Assembly: GCA_025058225.1 (NCBI GenBank)
Contig: JANXEE010000017.1
Coordinates: forward strand, 2,084-66,083
Origin: Candidatus Calditenuaceae archaeon
Lineage (GTDB): Archaea; Thermoproteota; Nitrososphaeria_A; Caldarchaeales; Calditenuaceae
Direction of reading: 5' to 3'
DNA: 64,000 nucleotides
Shown here: one piece after another, positions 27,252 through 36,346 of the stretch
Layout: every line of letters begins with the position of its first letter
Numbering within the stretch: the first letter of the stretch is position 1
The notes under the pieces: model-generated
What the model saw: the letters and a program-made list of their open reading frames with translations, nothing else
Database searches by the model: none
Told to the model about the DNA's origin: nothing
Program-made: the position numbers and the translations under genes

Positions 27252-28108
27252 CCATCAAACCTCCTGAGCAGCTCCTCCCTCTCTGCGACGTCCATGAACT
27301 GTGTGTGCTCCGGCCCGGGGAAGGAACCGGTTTTGACCTCCTCGACGTAACTCCTGACGGCGTGCAAGATGGCGGCGGCGACGTCAGCGTACCTCTTGGC
27401 GAACGGCGGCGACCTCTCGTAGAGCCCGATAACGTCGTGCAGCACAAGGACCTGTCCGTCGCACTTGGGTCCTGCACCGATTCCTATTACCGGTATCTCG
27501 AGGGTTGAGGAGAGGTATTCTGCGACATCAGCTACGGTGAACTCAAGCACCAAACTGAAGGCACCTGCCCTTGCCACCTCTAATGCGTCCCTTATAACCT
27601 CCTCCGCGTCCTCCACCCTCTTCCCCCTCAACCTGTAGCCCGTGCTGCTGACGAAGAACTGTGGCGTCATGCCCACGTGGCCCATAACGGGTATTCCTGC
27701 ATTCACGATGCTCTTGATGACCTCGCTGTATTGCCTTCCCCCTTCGAGCTTCACCGCGTCAACTCCTCCCTCCTTAACGAGCTTCCCCGCGTTCCTCACA
27801 GCCTCCTCCACGGAGACCTGATAGCTCATGAACGGCATGTCGCCTATCACTAAGGCCCTCCTGACCGCACGCGTCACGGCTCTACAGAAGGTCGCCATCT
27901 CCTCGATGCCTATGAATCGCGTGTCAGGGTAGCCGAGCACCACCATGGCCGCCGAGTCGCCGACCAATATCGCATCGACACCCGCCTCGTCAACGAGTCT
28001 GGCCGTCGGATAGTCGTAGGCCGTGATCATGGCGATCCTCTGGCCCTTGGACTTCATCCGGATCAGATGGCGCGCTGTGAGCCTCTCGGGTCGGTCCGTC
28101 AACCTCAA
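27248..28108 (-). CDS. panB: 3-methyl-2-oxobutanoate hydroxymethyltransferase
   Basis: ITAYDY, ILVGDS, DMPFMSY, AVKLEGG and IGIGAG..CDGQVLV motifs. Confidence 0.97.
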   Translation of the reverse strand: MRLTDRPERLTARHLIRMKSKGQRIAMITAYDYPTARLVDEAGVDAILVGDSAAMVVLGYPDTRFIGIEEMATFCRAVTRAVRRALVIGDMPFMSYQVSVEEAVRNAGKLVKEGGVDAVKLEGGRQYSEVIKSIVNAGIPVMGHVGMTPQFFVSSTGYRLRGKRVEDAEEVIRDALEVARAGAFSLVLEFTVADVAEYLSSTLEIPVIGIGAGPKCDGQVLVLHDVIGLYERSPPFAKRYADVAAAILHAVRSYVEEVKTGSFPGPEHTQFMDVAEREELLRRFDG

Positions 28109-28881
28109 TCACCCAGAGGCTCCTCATAGGCCGCAAGCAGTTCAAGCCTTTGTGCGATTATCGCGATCGATTCCCGCAAGTTCCTCTCGTTGTCGAAGCG
28201 ATCGAGTGTTTCCCTCAGCTCCTGGGGGGAGAGGGGTCTCAACTCCCTGACCACGCGGATCAGCTCTGGAAGGGCCCTCACTACGTTGTCGACGATCGTT
28301 ACGGTCGCTGCCCTAGACGTCCTCGATAGGGGGTTCAGGTCAACAGCGATGACCTTCTTGCCCATCCTCACCAGCTTCTCGGTCCGGTCGCCGTCCTCGA
28401 GGGGGACGAATACCACGTCAGCGGTGTAGATCCCCCTTCTGCTGACCAGCCGTCTGCTGCTCTCGAGACCGGGTATCTCTTCAGCGTCGTCCGTCGGAAG
28501 GAGGACTTCACCGGCTCCGTAGGACCTCAGCAGCTCACCTATCTTCTCAACCCTCTCCCTGCTCCAGTAGAACAAGTTGACCTCGAGCGGTGCGTTGAGC
28601 TCCCTCCCGAGCTCTGCCAGCTCCCTACCCACTAGCGCGGCGGTGTTGCCGTTCACCGAAATCACCGGTCTCTTTGAGAGCAGCATCAACGCCGCAGCTG
28701 CCCTCACGGCCTTCCTCGCGGGCTCATGAGTTGCCTCTCCGATGATGTAGTCGAGCGCCTCACCCCTACCATGGGCCATGAGGCCCTCCGGCACTACGAT
28801 TCCCTTCTTGAAGGCCTCGACGAGTCTCTCCCTTATTGTCAGCGAGACGTAACGTGGATGGCTCTTGGGTACGTTAACCAC
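28105..28881 (-). CDS. pps: 4-phosphopantoate-beta-alanine ligase (phosphopantothenate synthetase)
   Basis: SHPRYVSL, AHGRGEA, VISVNGN, VPLEDGDR and DLNPLSRT motifs. Confidence 0.95.
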   Translation of the reverse strand: MVNVPKSHPRYVSLTIRERLVEAFKKGIVVPEGLMAHGRGEALDYIIGEATHEPARKAVRAAAALMLLSKRPVISVNGNTAALVGRELAELGRELNAPLEVNLFYWSRERVEKIGELLRSYGAGEVLLPTDDAEEIPGLESSRRLVSRRGIYTADVVFVPLEDGDRTEKLVRMGKKVIAVDLNPLSRTSRAATVTIVDNVVRALPELIRVVRELRPLSPQELRETLDRFDNERNLRESIAIIAQRLELLAAYEEPLGD

Positions 28882-29699
28882 CTCCCATCACCCAGTTTAA
28901 GGGGGACTGCGTTCCCGAAGGCCCTTTGGAGGTGGGCCCTCACCTCCTCGAGGTGGCGCGGCTCCGTGACCACGAAGAGGACTCTCTTCTTCACCGAGTA
29001 GCCCAGCATTAGGTCCTCGATCGGCCTCAGGGCGGCCTCCACTTCGTCGCTGAGAAACCCGACGCCCCTGCTGAACTCCTTGGAACACTCGAGGAACCTC
29101 TCGAGGGTCGGGTCCGAGACGAACCTCCTGAAGGCAGTCATCCCGTGATCCCTTATCCTGTCGGCGAACCTTGAGAGCATCTCGCGGGTCGACATCTCAC
29201 CCAACATCGACGTCAGCACGACCACGTCGTCCCTGTTGTCAACGACCTCCGACTCACCGATGCCCGGAGCACCGGGCTTCGTCCTCAGGACCAGGCCTGC
29301 CCCAGCGTGGAGGGCCAACACGTCTCCCAGTCCGGTGACGTTCTGCACCTCGATCACGTGGGCCTTCCTGAAGGCCTCTGAGGGGTCGGACGCCGCGGCG
29401 ATGGAGTTGGTCAGTGAGCACGCGAGCGCTATCGAAGCGCTGAGGCCATACCCTGCTCCCAGCCTCAGCTCCGTCTCGATCAGGTAGTCCGTCCTCCGGT
29501 CCGTCACGTCCTCGAAGTCTGGACCCCGAAACGTAGCGCCGTTAATCAGTAGCCTACCTGCACCGTTCCGGGGCTCGCAGACTATCCCTGGCTCCAGAAC
29601 GACGCCCGCTCCGATAGATCCGGTCCTAAGGGGGTCCGGGCTCCACATGGGCACGAAGAAACCCGTTACGTGGGCAGGGACCCTTATCCTCCCTCCCAA
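28839..29699 (-). CDS. pok: Pantoate kinase (GHMP family); start likely TTG 29699
   Basis: PAHVTGFF, GSIGAG, GAGYGLSA, TGLGDV and RTKPGAPG motifs; in operon with pps-panB. Confidence 0.92.
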   Translation of the reverse strand: MGGRIRVPAHVTGFFVPMWSPDPLRTGSIGAGVVLEPGIVCEPRNGAGRLLINGATFRGPDFEDVTDRRTDYLIETELRLGAGYGLSASIALACSLTNSIAAASDPSEAFRKAHVIEVQNVTGLGDVLALHAGAGLVLRTKPGAPGIGESEVVDNRDDVVVLTSMLGEMSTREMLSRFADRIRDHGMTAFRRFVSDPTLERFLECSKEFSRGVGFLSDEVEAALRPIEDLMLGYSVKKRVLFVVTEPRHLEEVRAHLQRAFGNAVPLKLGDGRWLTYPRAIHVTSR

Positions 29700-29724
29700 T
29701 GATTGCACAATAGTTACCATAGAT

Positions 29725-29763
29725 GTTACGTTATTAAATTTCAATTAACATAAATTACGTAAC
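29725..29763. promoter_or_regulatory. Inverted repeat in the AT-rich divergent pok/thiL promoter region
   Basis: GTTACGTTATT (29725-29735) and AATTACGTAAC (29753-29763), 10 of 11 complementary. Confidence 0.45.
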
Positions 29764-29832
29764 TTACTTAGCGATTTGGGTGCGGCCTTCGGGGTGGCGA
29801 TCTCATATAAGAGGTGATTTGCCGGGGAACAG

Positions 29833-30801
29833 GTGAGGATGCGCCTGGGCGAAGTTGGCGAGAGGGGCCTTCTGAGGTACGTGATACCGAGGCTCAGGAG
29901 GGTTGGCGACTACCTCTGGGGGGGTGACGATGGTGTAGACTTCCTGAGCCGGGGAAGGCTCGTGCTGACGGGCGACATGCTCGTTGAGTGCACCGATGTA
30001 CCTCATGGGATGGGTTTCGGCGACGCCGGCTGGAAGGCTATAACCTCTTCGATCAGCGACCTGGCCGCGAAGGGCGCGAGTCCGCTACTCTGCTACGTCG
30101 AGCTGGGTCTCAGGCCCGATATGACCTTCGAGGAGTTCGTGGAGCTCTGGTCCGGATTGGAAGAGGCCTGCGGGGCCTACTCGGTCGCGCTGGTCGGTGG
30201 TGACACCAACGAGGCGAGGGAGCTGATCGTCGGGGTGACGGCGATCGGTTCTGCTGATCGACCGGTTCCCAGACGTGGAGCGGGTGAGGGCCAGCTGGTC
30301 GGTGTGACGGGGAAGTTCGGCCGCACGGCTGCGGGGCTTCACGCTGTCCAGCATGGAGTCGATGACCAACGGTGGAGGCCGCTCGTAAGCTCCTTCCTTA
30401 GGCCTGTAGCGCGGGTGAAGGAGGGGCTGGTGCTGTCGAGGTACGCGAGGTGCATGATCGACTCCAGCGATGGGTTGGCCGCAACCTTAGGGGAGCTCGT
30501 GGAGCTCAACGGCGTGGGGTTTTTGATCGATTCTCCTCCCACGGACCCGCTGGCCCTCGAGTACGCCGAGGCGTTCGGTCTGGACCCGTACCGTCTGGTC
30601 TTCGAGGGCGGCGAGGAGTACGAGCTGTTGTTCACGTTCGACCCACAAGACGAACGCGTGATCCGGGAAGAACTCGCCGATGTCGGTTGCGAACTGCACG
30701 TCGTAGGAAGCGTGACCGGTGACGGAAAGATCAGAGCGATCTGGAACGACAGGGAGGTGGAGGTGAGGGTGAGGGGGTGGGAGCACTTCGTCGGGCGCTG
30801 A
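29833..30801 (+). CDS. thiL: Thiamine-monophosphate kinase
   Basis: SISDLAAKGA, LVGGDT, IDSSDGL, GGEEYELLFT and GWEHF motifs. Confidence 0.95.
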   Translation: MRMRLGEVGERGLLRYVIPRLRRVGDYLWGGDDGVDFLSRGRLVLTGDMLVECTDVPHGMGFGDAGWKAITSSISDLAAKGASPLLCYVELGLRPDMTFEEFVELWSGLEEACGAYSVALVGGDTNEARELIVGVTAIGSADRPVPRRGAGEGQLVGVTGKFGRTAAGLHAVQHGVDDQRWRPLVSSFLRPVARVKEGLVLSRYARCMIDSSDGLAATLGELVELNGVGFLIDSPPTDPLALEYAEAFGLDPYRLVFEGGEEYELLFTFDPQDERVIREELADVGCELHVVGSVTGDGKIRAIWNDREVEVRVRGWEHFVGR

Positions 30802-30900
30802 GCCGCATGACGTGACCTCGACGACCGATTCGCTGCACGCGTACCGTGGCCTTCACCGTCGTTTCACGATTATATACGGACCTGTCAAGACGTTGACGGA

Positions 30901-33786
30901 TTGAAGGGTTCGCCTATCGAGTACGAGAGGTATTGGGCGATGAGATACGAGCAGGACGGTGTCTTCAACGCCGATCCTGATCCCAGCAGGCCGAAGGTCT
31001 TCATTACCTTCCCCTACTCCTATCAGAGCGGGCCGCTGCACGTCGGGCACTGCTTCGCTTCCTCCAGGGCCGATGCTTACGCGCGTTACAAGAGGCTGAA
31101 GGGGTACAACGTCCTGTTCCCGTGGGCCTGGCACTGGACCGGTGAGGCCGTTGCCGGGATAAGTGACAGGCTCAAAAAGGGAGACCCTCTGCTGACACGC
31201 GTCCTGAAAGAGGTCGACGGCGTCCCCGAGGAGACGCTTGCGAAGTTCGTCGACCCGGTCGAGGTCTGCAGATACTACACCGAGGAGAACAGGAGGACCG
31301 TGAAGGCCCTCGGCCTCTCGCTGGACTGGCGGAGGGAGTTCCACACCACAGACCTCCACCCCTACTACAGCAGGTTCGTCGAGTGGCAGTACCTCACACT
31401 GAGGGAGCTCGGTCTGGTGAGGAGGGGTTCCCATCCGGTGGTCTGGTGTCCAGTCTGTCAGAGCCCCACTGGTGACCACGACCGGTTGACGGGTGAGGGG
31501 GTCTCGCCGACGGAGTTCACGTTGGTCTTCTTCGATGTCGGAGAGGCTTACCTCGCCGCCGCAACCCTGAGGCCCGAGACGATCTTCGGAGCCACCAATG
31601 TCTGGGTCAGGCCCGACGCGATGTACTCAGTCGTTGAGGCACTCGGTGTGAAGCTGATCGTCAGTGAGAGGGCGGTCGCCAAGCTCTCGGAGCAGGTAGA
31701 CGCTGTAAGGGAGCTGGGTCGTCTGATGGGGAGGGATCTGATCGGCAAGAGGGCGCTGGTCCCCATCACGGGTAAGGAGGTGATCGTGCTGCCCGCATCG
31801 TTCGTCGATCCCGATGTAGGCACGGGCGTGGTCTACAGCGTCCCCGCACATGCGCCCTATGATTACGCCGCACTGAAGGACCTGAAGAGGAGGCCGGAGA
31901 CCTTGAAAGAGTACGGTCTGGATCCGAAGGTGGTCGAAGAGATCGAGCCGATACAAATCGCTAGGACCGAGGGGATTGGTGCGATGCCGGCCGTCGAGAT
32001 GGTCGAGTCAGAGGGCATCACTGATCAGCGCGACCCGAGGCTCGAGGGCCTCACTGCCCGAGTCTACTCCGAGGAGTTCTACAAGGGCGTGATGCTGGAG
32101 AGCTGCGGCGACGTCGGTGGCATGCAGGTCAGCCAGGCTAGGGACTTCATCAAGTCAAAGTTGTTCGAACTGGGTAAAGGTTGGAGGTTCTACGATCTAA
32201 CGGAAAAGGTCGTCTGCAGGTCGGGTGACGAGTGCATCGTCAAGGTGGTCAAGGACCAGTGGTTCATCGCCTACTCGGAGGAAGAATGGAAGCAAAGGGT
32301 CAGGTCGCACGTCCGCGAGATGTACTTCTCCCCGGAGGGCGTCAGGCAGTGGGTGCTCAACGTGGTCGACTGGTTAAGAGACTGGCCCTGTGCTAGGAGG
32401 ACGGGATTGGGAACGAAGTTGCCGTTCGATCCCGACTGGATCGTTGAGACCCTCAGCGATTCCACGGTCTATCAGGCCCTCTACACCATAAGCCATTACA
32501 TTAACGGAGGCTCGGTCAAGCCTGACCAGCTAACTAAGGATGTACTGGACTATGTCTTCAGGGGCATCGGTGACCCTTCTGCCATCTCGAAATCGGTGGG
32601 GCTCGACCTTGAGACGCTGATTGCGATGAAGCGCGAGCACGACTACTGGTATCCGGTCGACCTGAGGGTGTCCGGGAAAGATCTGGTCCCTAACCACCTC
32701 ACCTTCTTCATCTATCAGCACGTCGCGCTCTTCGGTCCAGAGAAGTGGCCCAGAGGCATAGCGGTTAACGGCATGGTCCGCGTCGAAGGCCAAGAGATGC
32801 ACAAGAGCAAGGGGAACTTCATCCCGATCAAGGCCGCGATAGCGAGATACGGAGCCGACGCCACGCGTCTCACGCTGCTGCTCGCGGCAGAGGACATGGA
32901 TGACCCCGACTGGAGGGAGAAGAGCGCTGCCGACATCAGGAGGGTCCTCGACCAGTTGATAGGCATCGCTAAGGAAGTAGCAGGGGCCCAGCCCGAGTCC
33001 AACGAAACACGCGTCGACCGCTGGCTCCTCGCCAGATTGAGGGTTCACCTCAGGACGATCGAAGAGGCCATGGAGATGATGAAGACCAGAACGGCCGCAA
33101 ACTCAGCACTGTATCTCATGTTCAACGACTGGAGGCGCTACGTGAGGAGGCGCAGGGCAAAGCACGGACCTGCAGCGCGCGTCTTCCTCACGTCTTGGAC
33201 GAGGGCCATCTCGCCGTTCGCCCCGTTCACTTCTGAGGAGATGAACAGGGTCCTCGGGAATAACGGCTACGTCGCTGTGTCGCCTTGGCCCGTCGTTGAG
33301 GTCGAAAGAGGTGAGGAGTCGCTGGTTGAGGAGGAGCTCATCGATCAGTTGATCGAGGACGTCAGGAGCATCGCAAGGCTCGTGGGGACTAATGTGCATA
33401 CCGCAAGGGTGTTAGTGGCACCGGTCGCCTTCAGTCAAATCTACTCAAACGTCTTGAGAGAGCTGGCGTTCAAGGGAAAGGTTGACGTCGGGAGATATCT
33501 GGAGGACTTCGAGAGAATAGGACTGAAGGACAAGAGCGCAGCTGTAGGGCTGATAACCCGCTTCTCAACAAACGCCCAGCAGCTCTTGAACCGCTACGCC
33601 GTGGACGTCTTAACAATGGTGATGCTCAACGAGAGAACGCTCTACGCAGAGGAGGCCGATTACTTGTCCTCGGAGCTTGGTGTCGAGATCGAGGTTCTGG
33701 AAGCGGACTACCTTAACCCCGACAACAAGAGGAAGGTCTTCCAGGCTGTTCCGTTCCGTCCCGGACTAATTCTACAAAGCACGTAG
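30901..33786 (+). CDS. leuS: Leucine-tRNA ligase (archaeal/eukaryotic type)
   Basis: FPYSY..GPLHVGH, ATLRPET, SGKDLVPNHL and MHKSKGN motifs. Confidence 0.97.
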   Translation: MKGSPIEYERYWAMRYEQDGVFNADPDPSRPKVFITFPYSYQSGPLHVGHCFASSRADAYARYKRLKGYNVLFPWAWHWTGEAVAGISDRLKKGDPLLTRVLKEVDGVPEETLAKFVDPVEVCRYYTEENRRTVKALGLSLDWRREFHTTDLHPYYSRFVEWQYLTLRELGLVRRGSHPVVWCPVCQSPTGDHDRLTGEGVSPTEFTLVFFDVGEAYLAAATLRPETIFGATNVWVRPDAMYSVVEALGVKLIVSERAVAKLSEQVDAVRELGRLMGRDLIGKRALVPITGKEVIVLPASFVDPDVGTGVVYSVPAHAPYDYAALKDLKRRPETLKEYGLDPKVVEEIEPIQIARTEGIGAMPAVEMVESEGITDQRDPRLEGLTARVYSEEFYKGVMLESCGDVGGMQVSQARDFIKSKLFELGKGWRFYDLTEKVVCRSGDECIVKVVKDQWFIAYSEEEWKQRVRSHVREMYFSPEGVRQWVLNVVDWLRDWPCARRTGLGTKLPFDPDWIVETLSDSTVYQALYTISHYINGGSVKPDQLTKDVLDYVFRGIGDPSAISKSVGLDLETLIAMKREHDYWYPVDLRVSGKDLVPNHLTFFIYQHVALFGPEKWPRGIAVNGMVRVEGQEMHKSKGNFIPIKAAIARYGADATRLTLLLAAEDMDDPDWREKSAADIRRVLDQLIGIAKEVAGAQPESNETRVDRWLLARLRVHLRTIEEAMEMMKTRTAANSALYLMFNDWRRYVRRRRAKHGPAARVFLTSWTRAISPFAPFTSEEMNRVLGNNGYVAVSPWPVVEVERGEESLVEEELIDQLIEDVRSIARLVGTNVHTARVLVAPVAFSQIYSNVLRELAFKGKVDVGRYLEDFERIGLKDKSAAVGLITRFSTNAQQLLNRYAVDVLTMVMLNERTLYAEEADYLSSELGVEIEVLEADYLNPDNKRKVFQAVPFRPGLILQST

Positions 33787-34004
33787 CAATAAAAATCTCA
33801 TACGGGTTAATCTGGTAGCATGAGTAAATTGGTGAGATGTGCACATCAACGTACTCAGCGGTGGCTCAACTGTTCTGAACGCTGAAGGGCCTCTCACATG
33901 ACGCGATGCGAGAGCACGCATGATATGTGTGCAGGACGACTGATGCGTCGGTGAGTCCGGAGGGGGTTAAACTTATTGCCAACAGTTAAGCAGATAGACT
34001 TGAA

Positions 34005-35207
34005 ATGATACCCTATGACGCGATTACTGATTTTCAGGTCCTGACGTCAGAGGACCACGAGCTCTTCAGGAAGGTCGTAAGACAGTTCGTTGAACGGTAT
34101 CTGGAGCCTAGGGTCAAGGAGATAGAGGAGACCAACTCGATCCCGAGGGATCTCTTCAAGTTAGCTGCCGAGAACGGCTTCATGGGCCTCGGAATACCGG
34201 AGGAGTACGGCGGTCAGGGATCGGACTACCTCAACGTCGTGATCTACACAGAGGAGGTGAGCAGGGTGTGTCCGGCCTTCTCAACCGCGACGCTCGCGAG
34301 GGGTCTCTTCACGACGCCTGTCCTCTTCTTCGGAACCGAGCAGCAGAAGAGGAACTACATACCCCCGTTGGCGAGGGGTCAGAAGTTTGCAGCCCATGCG
34401 ACGACCGAGCCCGGTGCGGGAAGCGACGTCGCCGGTGTGAAGACGAGAGCTGTTAGGAAGGATGGCGGCTGGGTCATCAACGGTCAGAAGTACTTCATAA
34501 CCGGAGCGGACAAGGCCGATTACTTCGTCGTGTTGGCGAGGACCAGCGACCCTCCGAGTAGGCACGAGAGGTGGAGAGGGTTAACGATGTTCATCGTCGA
34601 GCGCGATAATCCAGGGCTTCGGGTCGGTGAGAGGATACAGGTGACCGGGCTGAAGGGCTCCATGCCATCGGAGGTGATACTGAATGACTGCTGGGTCTCA
34701 GACGACGCAGTCCTCGGTGAGCTCGGAGAGGGTTTCAAGGTAGCCATGACAACGTACGACTACGGAAGGGTCGGTATTGCAGCCCAGGCGGTCGGCGTGC
34801 TTCAAGGCGTCTTCGAGAAGAGCCTCAACTACGCAGCCCAGAGGGTAGCCTTTGAGAGGCCGATACTCGCCTTCCAGGCGATTCAGTTCTACCTCGCCGA
34901 GATGCTGAGAGACCTCGAAGCGGCCAGGCTCCTCACCTATTGGGCAGCTCATCTTCTGAACAAGGGCCTCGACGAGCGGTCGATAATCGCGGCCTCGCTG
35001 GCCAAGCTCTTCGCGACCGAGGCCGCTGAGAGGGCCTCGCTCAGGGCCATCGAGATACACGGCGGCATGGGGGTCGCGATCGACGGCATGGTCGAGAGGT
35101 TCCTCAGGGACACGCAGATCATGAAGATCTATGAGGGGACGTCGGAGATACAGAGGCTTGTGGTCATCAGGCACCTCGTGAGGAAGGTCCTAGGGTTCGA
35201 GGTCTGA
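34005..35207 (+). CDS. Acyl-CoA dehydrogenase
   Basis: TEPGAGSD, INGQKYFIT, GRVGIAAQAVG, IHGGMG and IYEGTSEIQR motifs. Confidence 0.95.
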   Translation: MIPYDAITDFQVLTSEDHELFRKVVRQFVERYLEPRVKEIEETNSIPRDLFKLAAENGFMGLGIPEEYGGQGSDYLNVVIYTEEVSRVCPAFSTATLARGLFTTPVLFFGTEQQKRNYIPPLARGQKFAAHATTEPGAGSDVAGVKTRAVRKDGGWVINGQKYFITGADKADYFVVLARTSDPPSRHERWRGLTMFIVERDNPGLRVGERIQVTGLKGSMPSEVILNDCWVSDDAVLGELGEGFKVAMTTYDYGRVGIAAQAVGVLQGVFEKSLNYAAQRVAFERPILAFQAIQFYLAEMLRDLEAARLLTYWAAHLLNKGLDERSIIAASLAKLFATEAAERASLRAIEIHGGMGVAIDGMVERFLRDTQIMKIYEGTSEIQRLVVIRHLVRKVLGFEV

Positions 35208-35274
35208 TCCACCGGAACCGCCTGCCCAGACTAAGCTTATTTTATAAAGCCGGACGGTTGATGAAGGATAGCCG

Positions 35275-35919
35275 ATGGCCTCGCTGGCGAGGGTTACGGG
35301 ATCGGTCGTTGCCGCCGCGATAGCGCTCTCACTCCCCGTGCTGTTGAGCGGCCCCCTTCAGTTAGGTGAGGTCCTTCCGCCTTTTTACGGGCTCTTCGCG
35401 CTTGCCGTGATCGTGGTCGTTCCCGCGGTTCTGGTGAGGTCGTTCATGGGATCCGCGGGCAGCGCTGTGCTGGGCGTCGTCGTGGCGCTGCTCTACGTCC
35501 TCCCGACGGCGAACCCGGCCTTCTACGTCAGACTTTGGGAACCTCTCTCAGGGTTTCTAGCAGCGGTCGTCCCGGAGCCCATACTGGGGGTGCTGCTTCT
35601 GGTAACCGTCGCATGCGCTGCCTCGGGGGTCGTCGGACACGTCGTCCGACCCAAGGTCGCCCCTCCTACGGCCGGGCTTGAGGTGTCAGCAGAGGCTCCT
35701 CCGCCATTGGAGGAGACCGGGGCGCAGGTAACGGCACCGGGGCCCGAGCAGGTGGAGCGATCAGAGGGGGCTGAGGGGGCTCCGGTCGAGGCGAAAACTG
35801 AGGTCGGAATGGGGGCGGCCCCGGAGGCCGCTGAGGAGGCGACGATGAAGTGCCCCGATTGCGGGTCGGAGATTCCTACCGGTGTGAAGTTCTGCCCCTA
35901 CTGTGGCAGGGAGTTCTGA
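35275..35919 (+). CDS. Membrane protein with acidic linker and C-terminal zinc ribbon
   Basis: Four N-terminal TM segments; CPDCG...FCPYCG; TTTATA at 35241-35246. Confidence 0.82.
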   Translation: MASLARVTGSVVAAAIALSLPVLLSGPLQLGEVLPPFYGLFALAVIVVVPAVLVRSFMGSAGSAVLGVVVALLYVLPTANPAFYVRLWEPLSGFLAAVVPEPILGVLLLVTVACAASGVVGHVVRPKVAPPTAGLEVSAEAPPPLEETGAQVTAPGPEQVERSEGAEGAPVEAKTEVGMGAAPEAAEEATMKCPDCGSEIPTGVKFCPYCGREF

Positions 35920-35945
35920 GGACGTCGCTCAGGTCACTCCAGGGC

Positions 35946-36221
35946 CTACCGCGTTTTCCGCGACTCATCCTTGTTCTCCTGACCCTTCGCGGCCTCACCG
36001 CTCAGGGTCTCAAGCTCCGGAATCGGTTCGGGCGGCGGGGTCGTGACCAGCGTGTACCCGATCCAGGCCAGTATCGAGAGCACCCCCACTACGGCCAAGA
36101 AAGCCGTGAGCTGGAGCACCAGCATCGCCCACGGGCTCAGCAACACCAACCATCCGTACAGCAGTATACCGGCGATGGACGCGATGAGGATCAGGTACCC
36201 CAGACCCTTATCACTCATCAT
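35946..36221 (-). CDS. Conserved small two-TM archaeal membrane protein (DPM2/PIG-P-like layout)
   Basis: SDKGLG..TM..SPW..TM..WIGYTLVTTPPP followed by a charged tail. Confidence 0.75.
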   Translation of the reverse strand: MMSDKGLGYLILIASIAGILLYGWLVLLSPWAMLVLQLTAFLAVVGVLSILAWIGYTLVTTPPPEPIPELETLSGEAAKGQENKDESRKTR

Positions 36222-36346
36222 CTGTCCTTCGCTCTTGCCGCGCATTTAAGTATTGCTATTTGAAACTGGTTGATACAGGGCAACCCGTTCTTCAGGGGTG
36301 GCACGGTGATCGATTTTAGATACGCCGCCGTGCTCTTTAGACCTAG

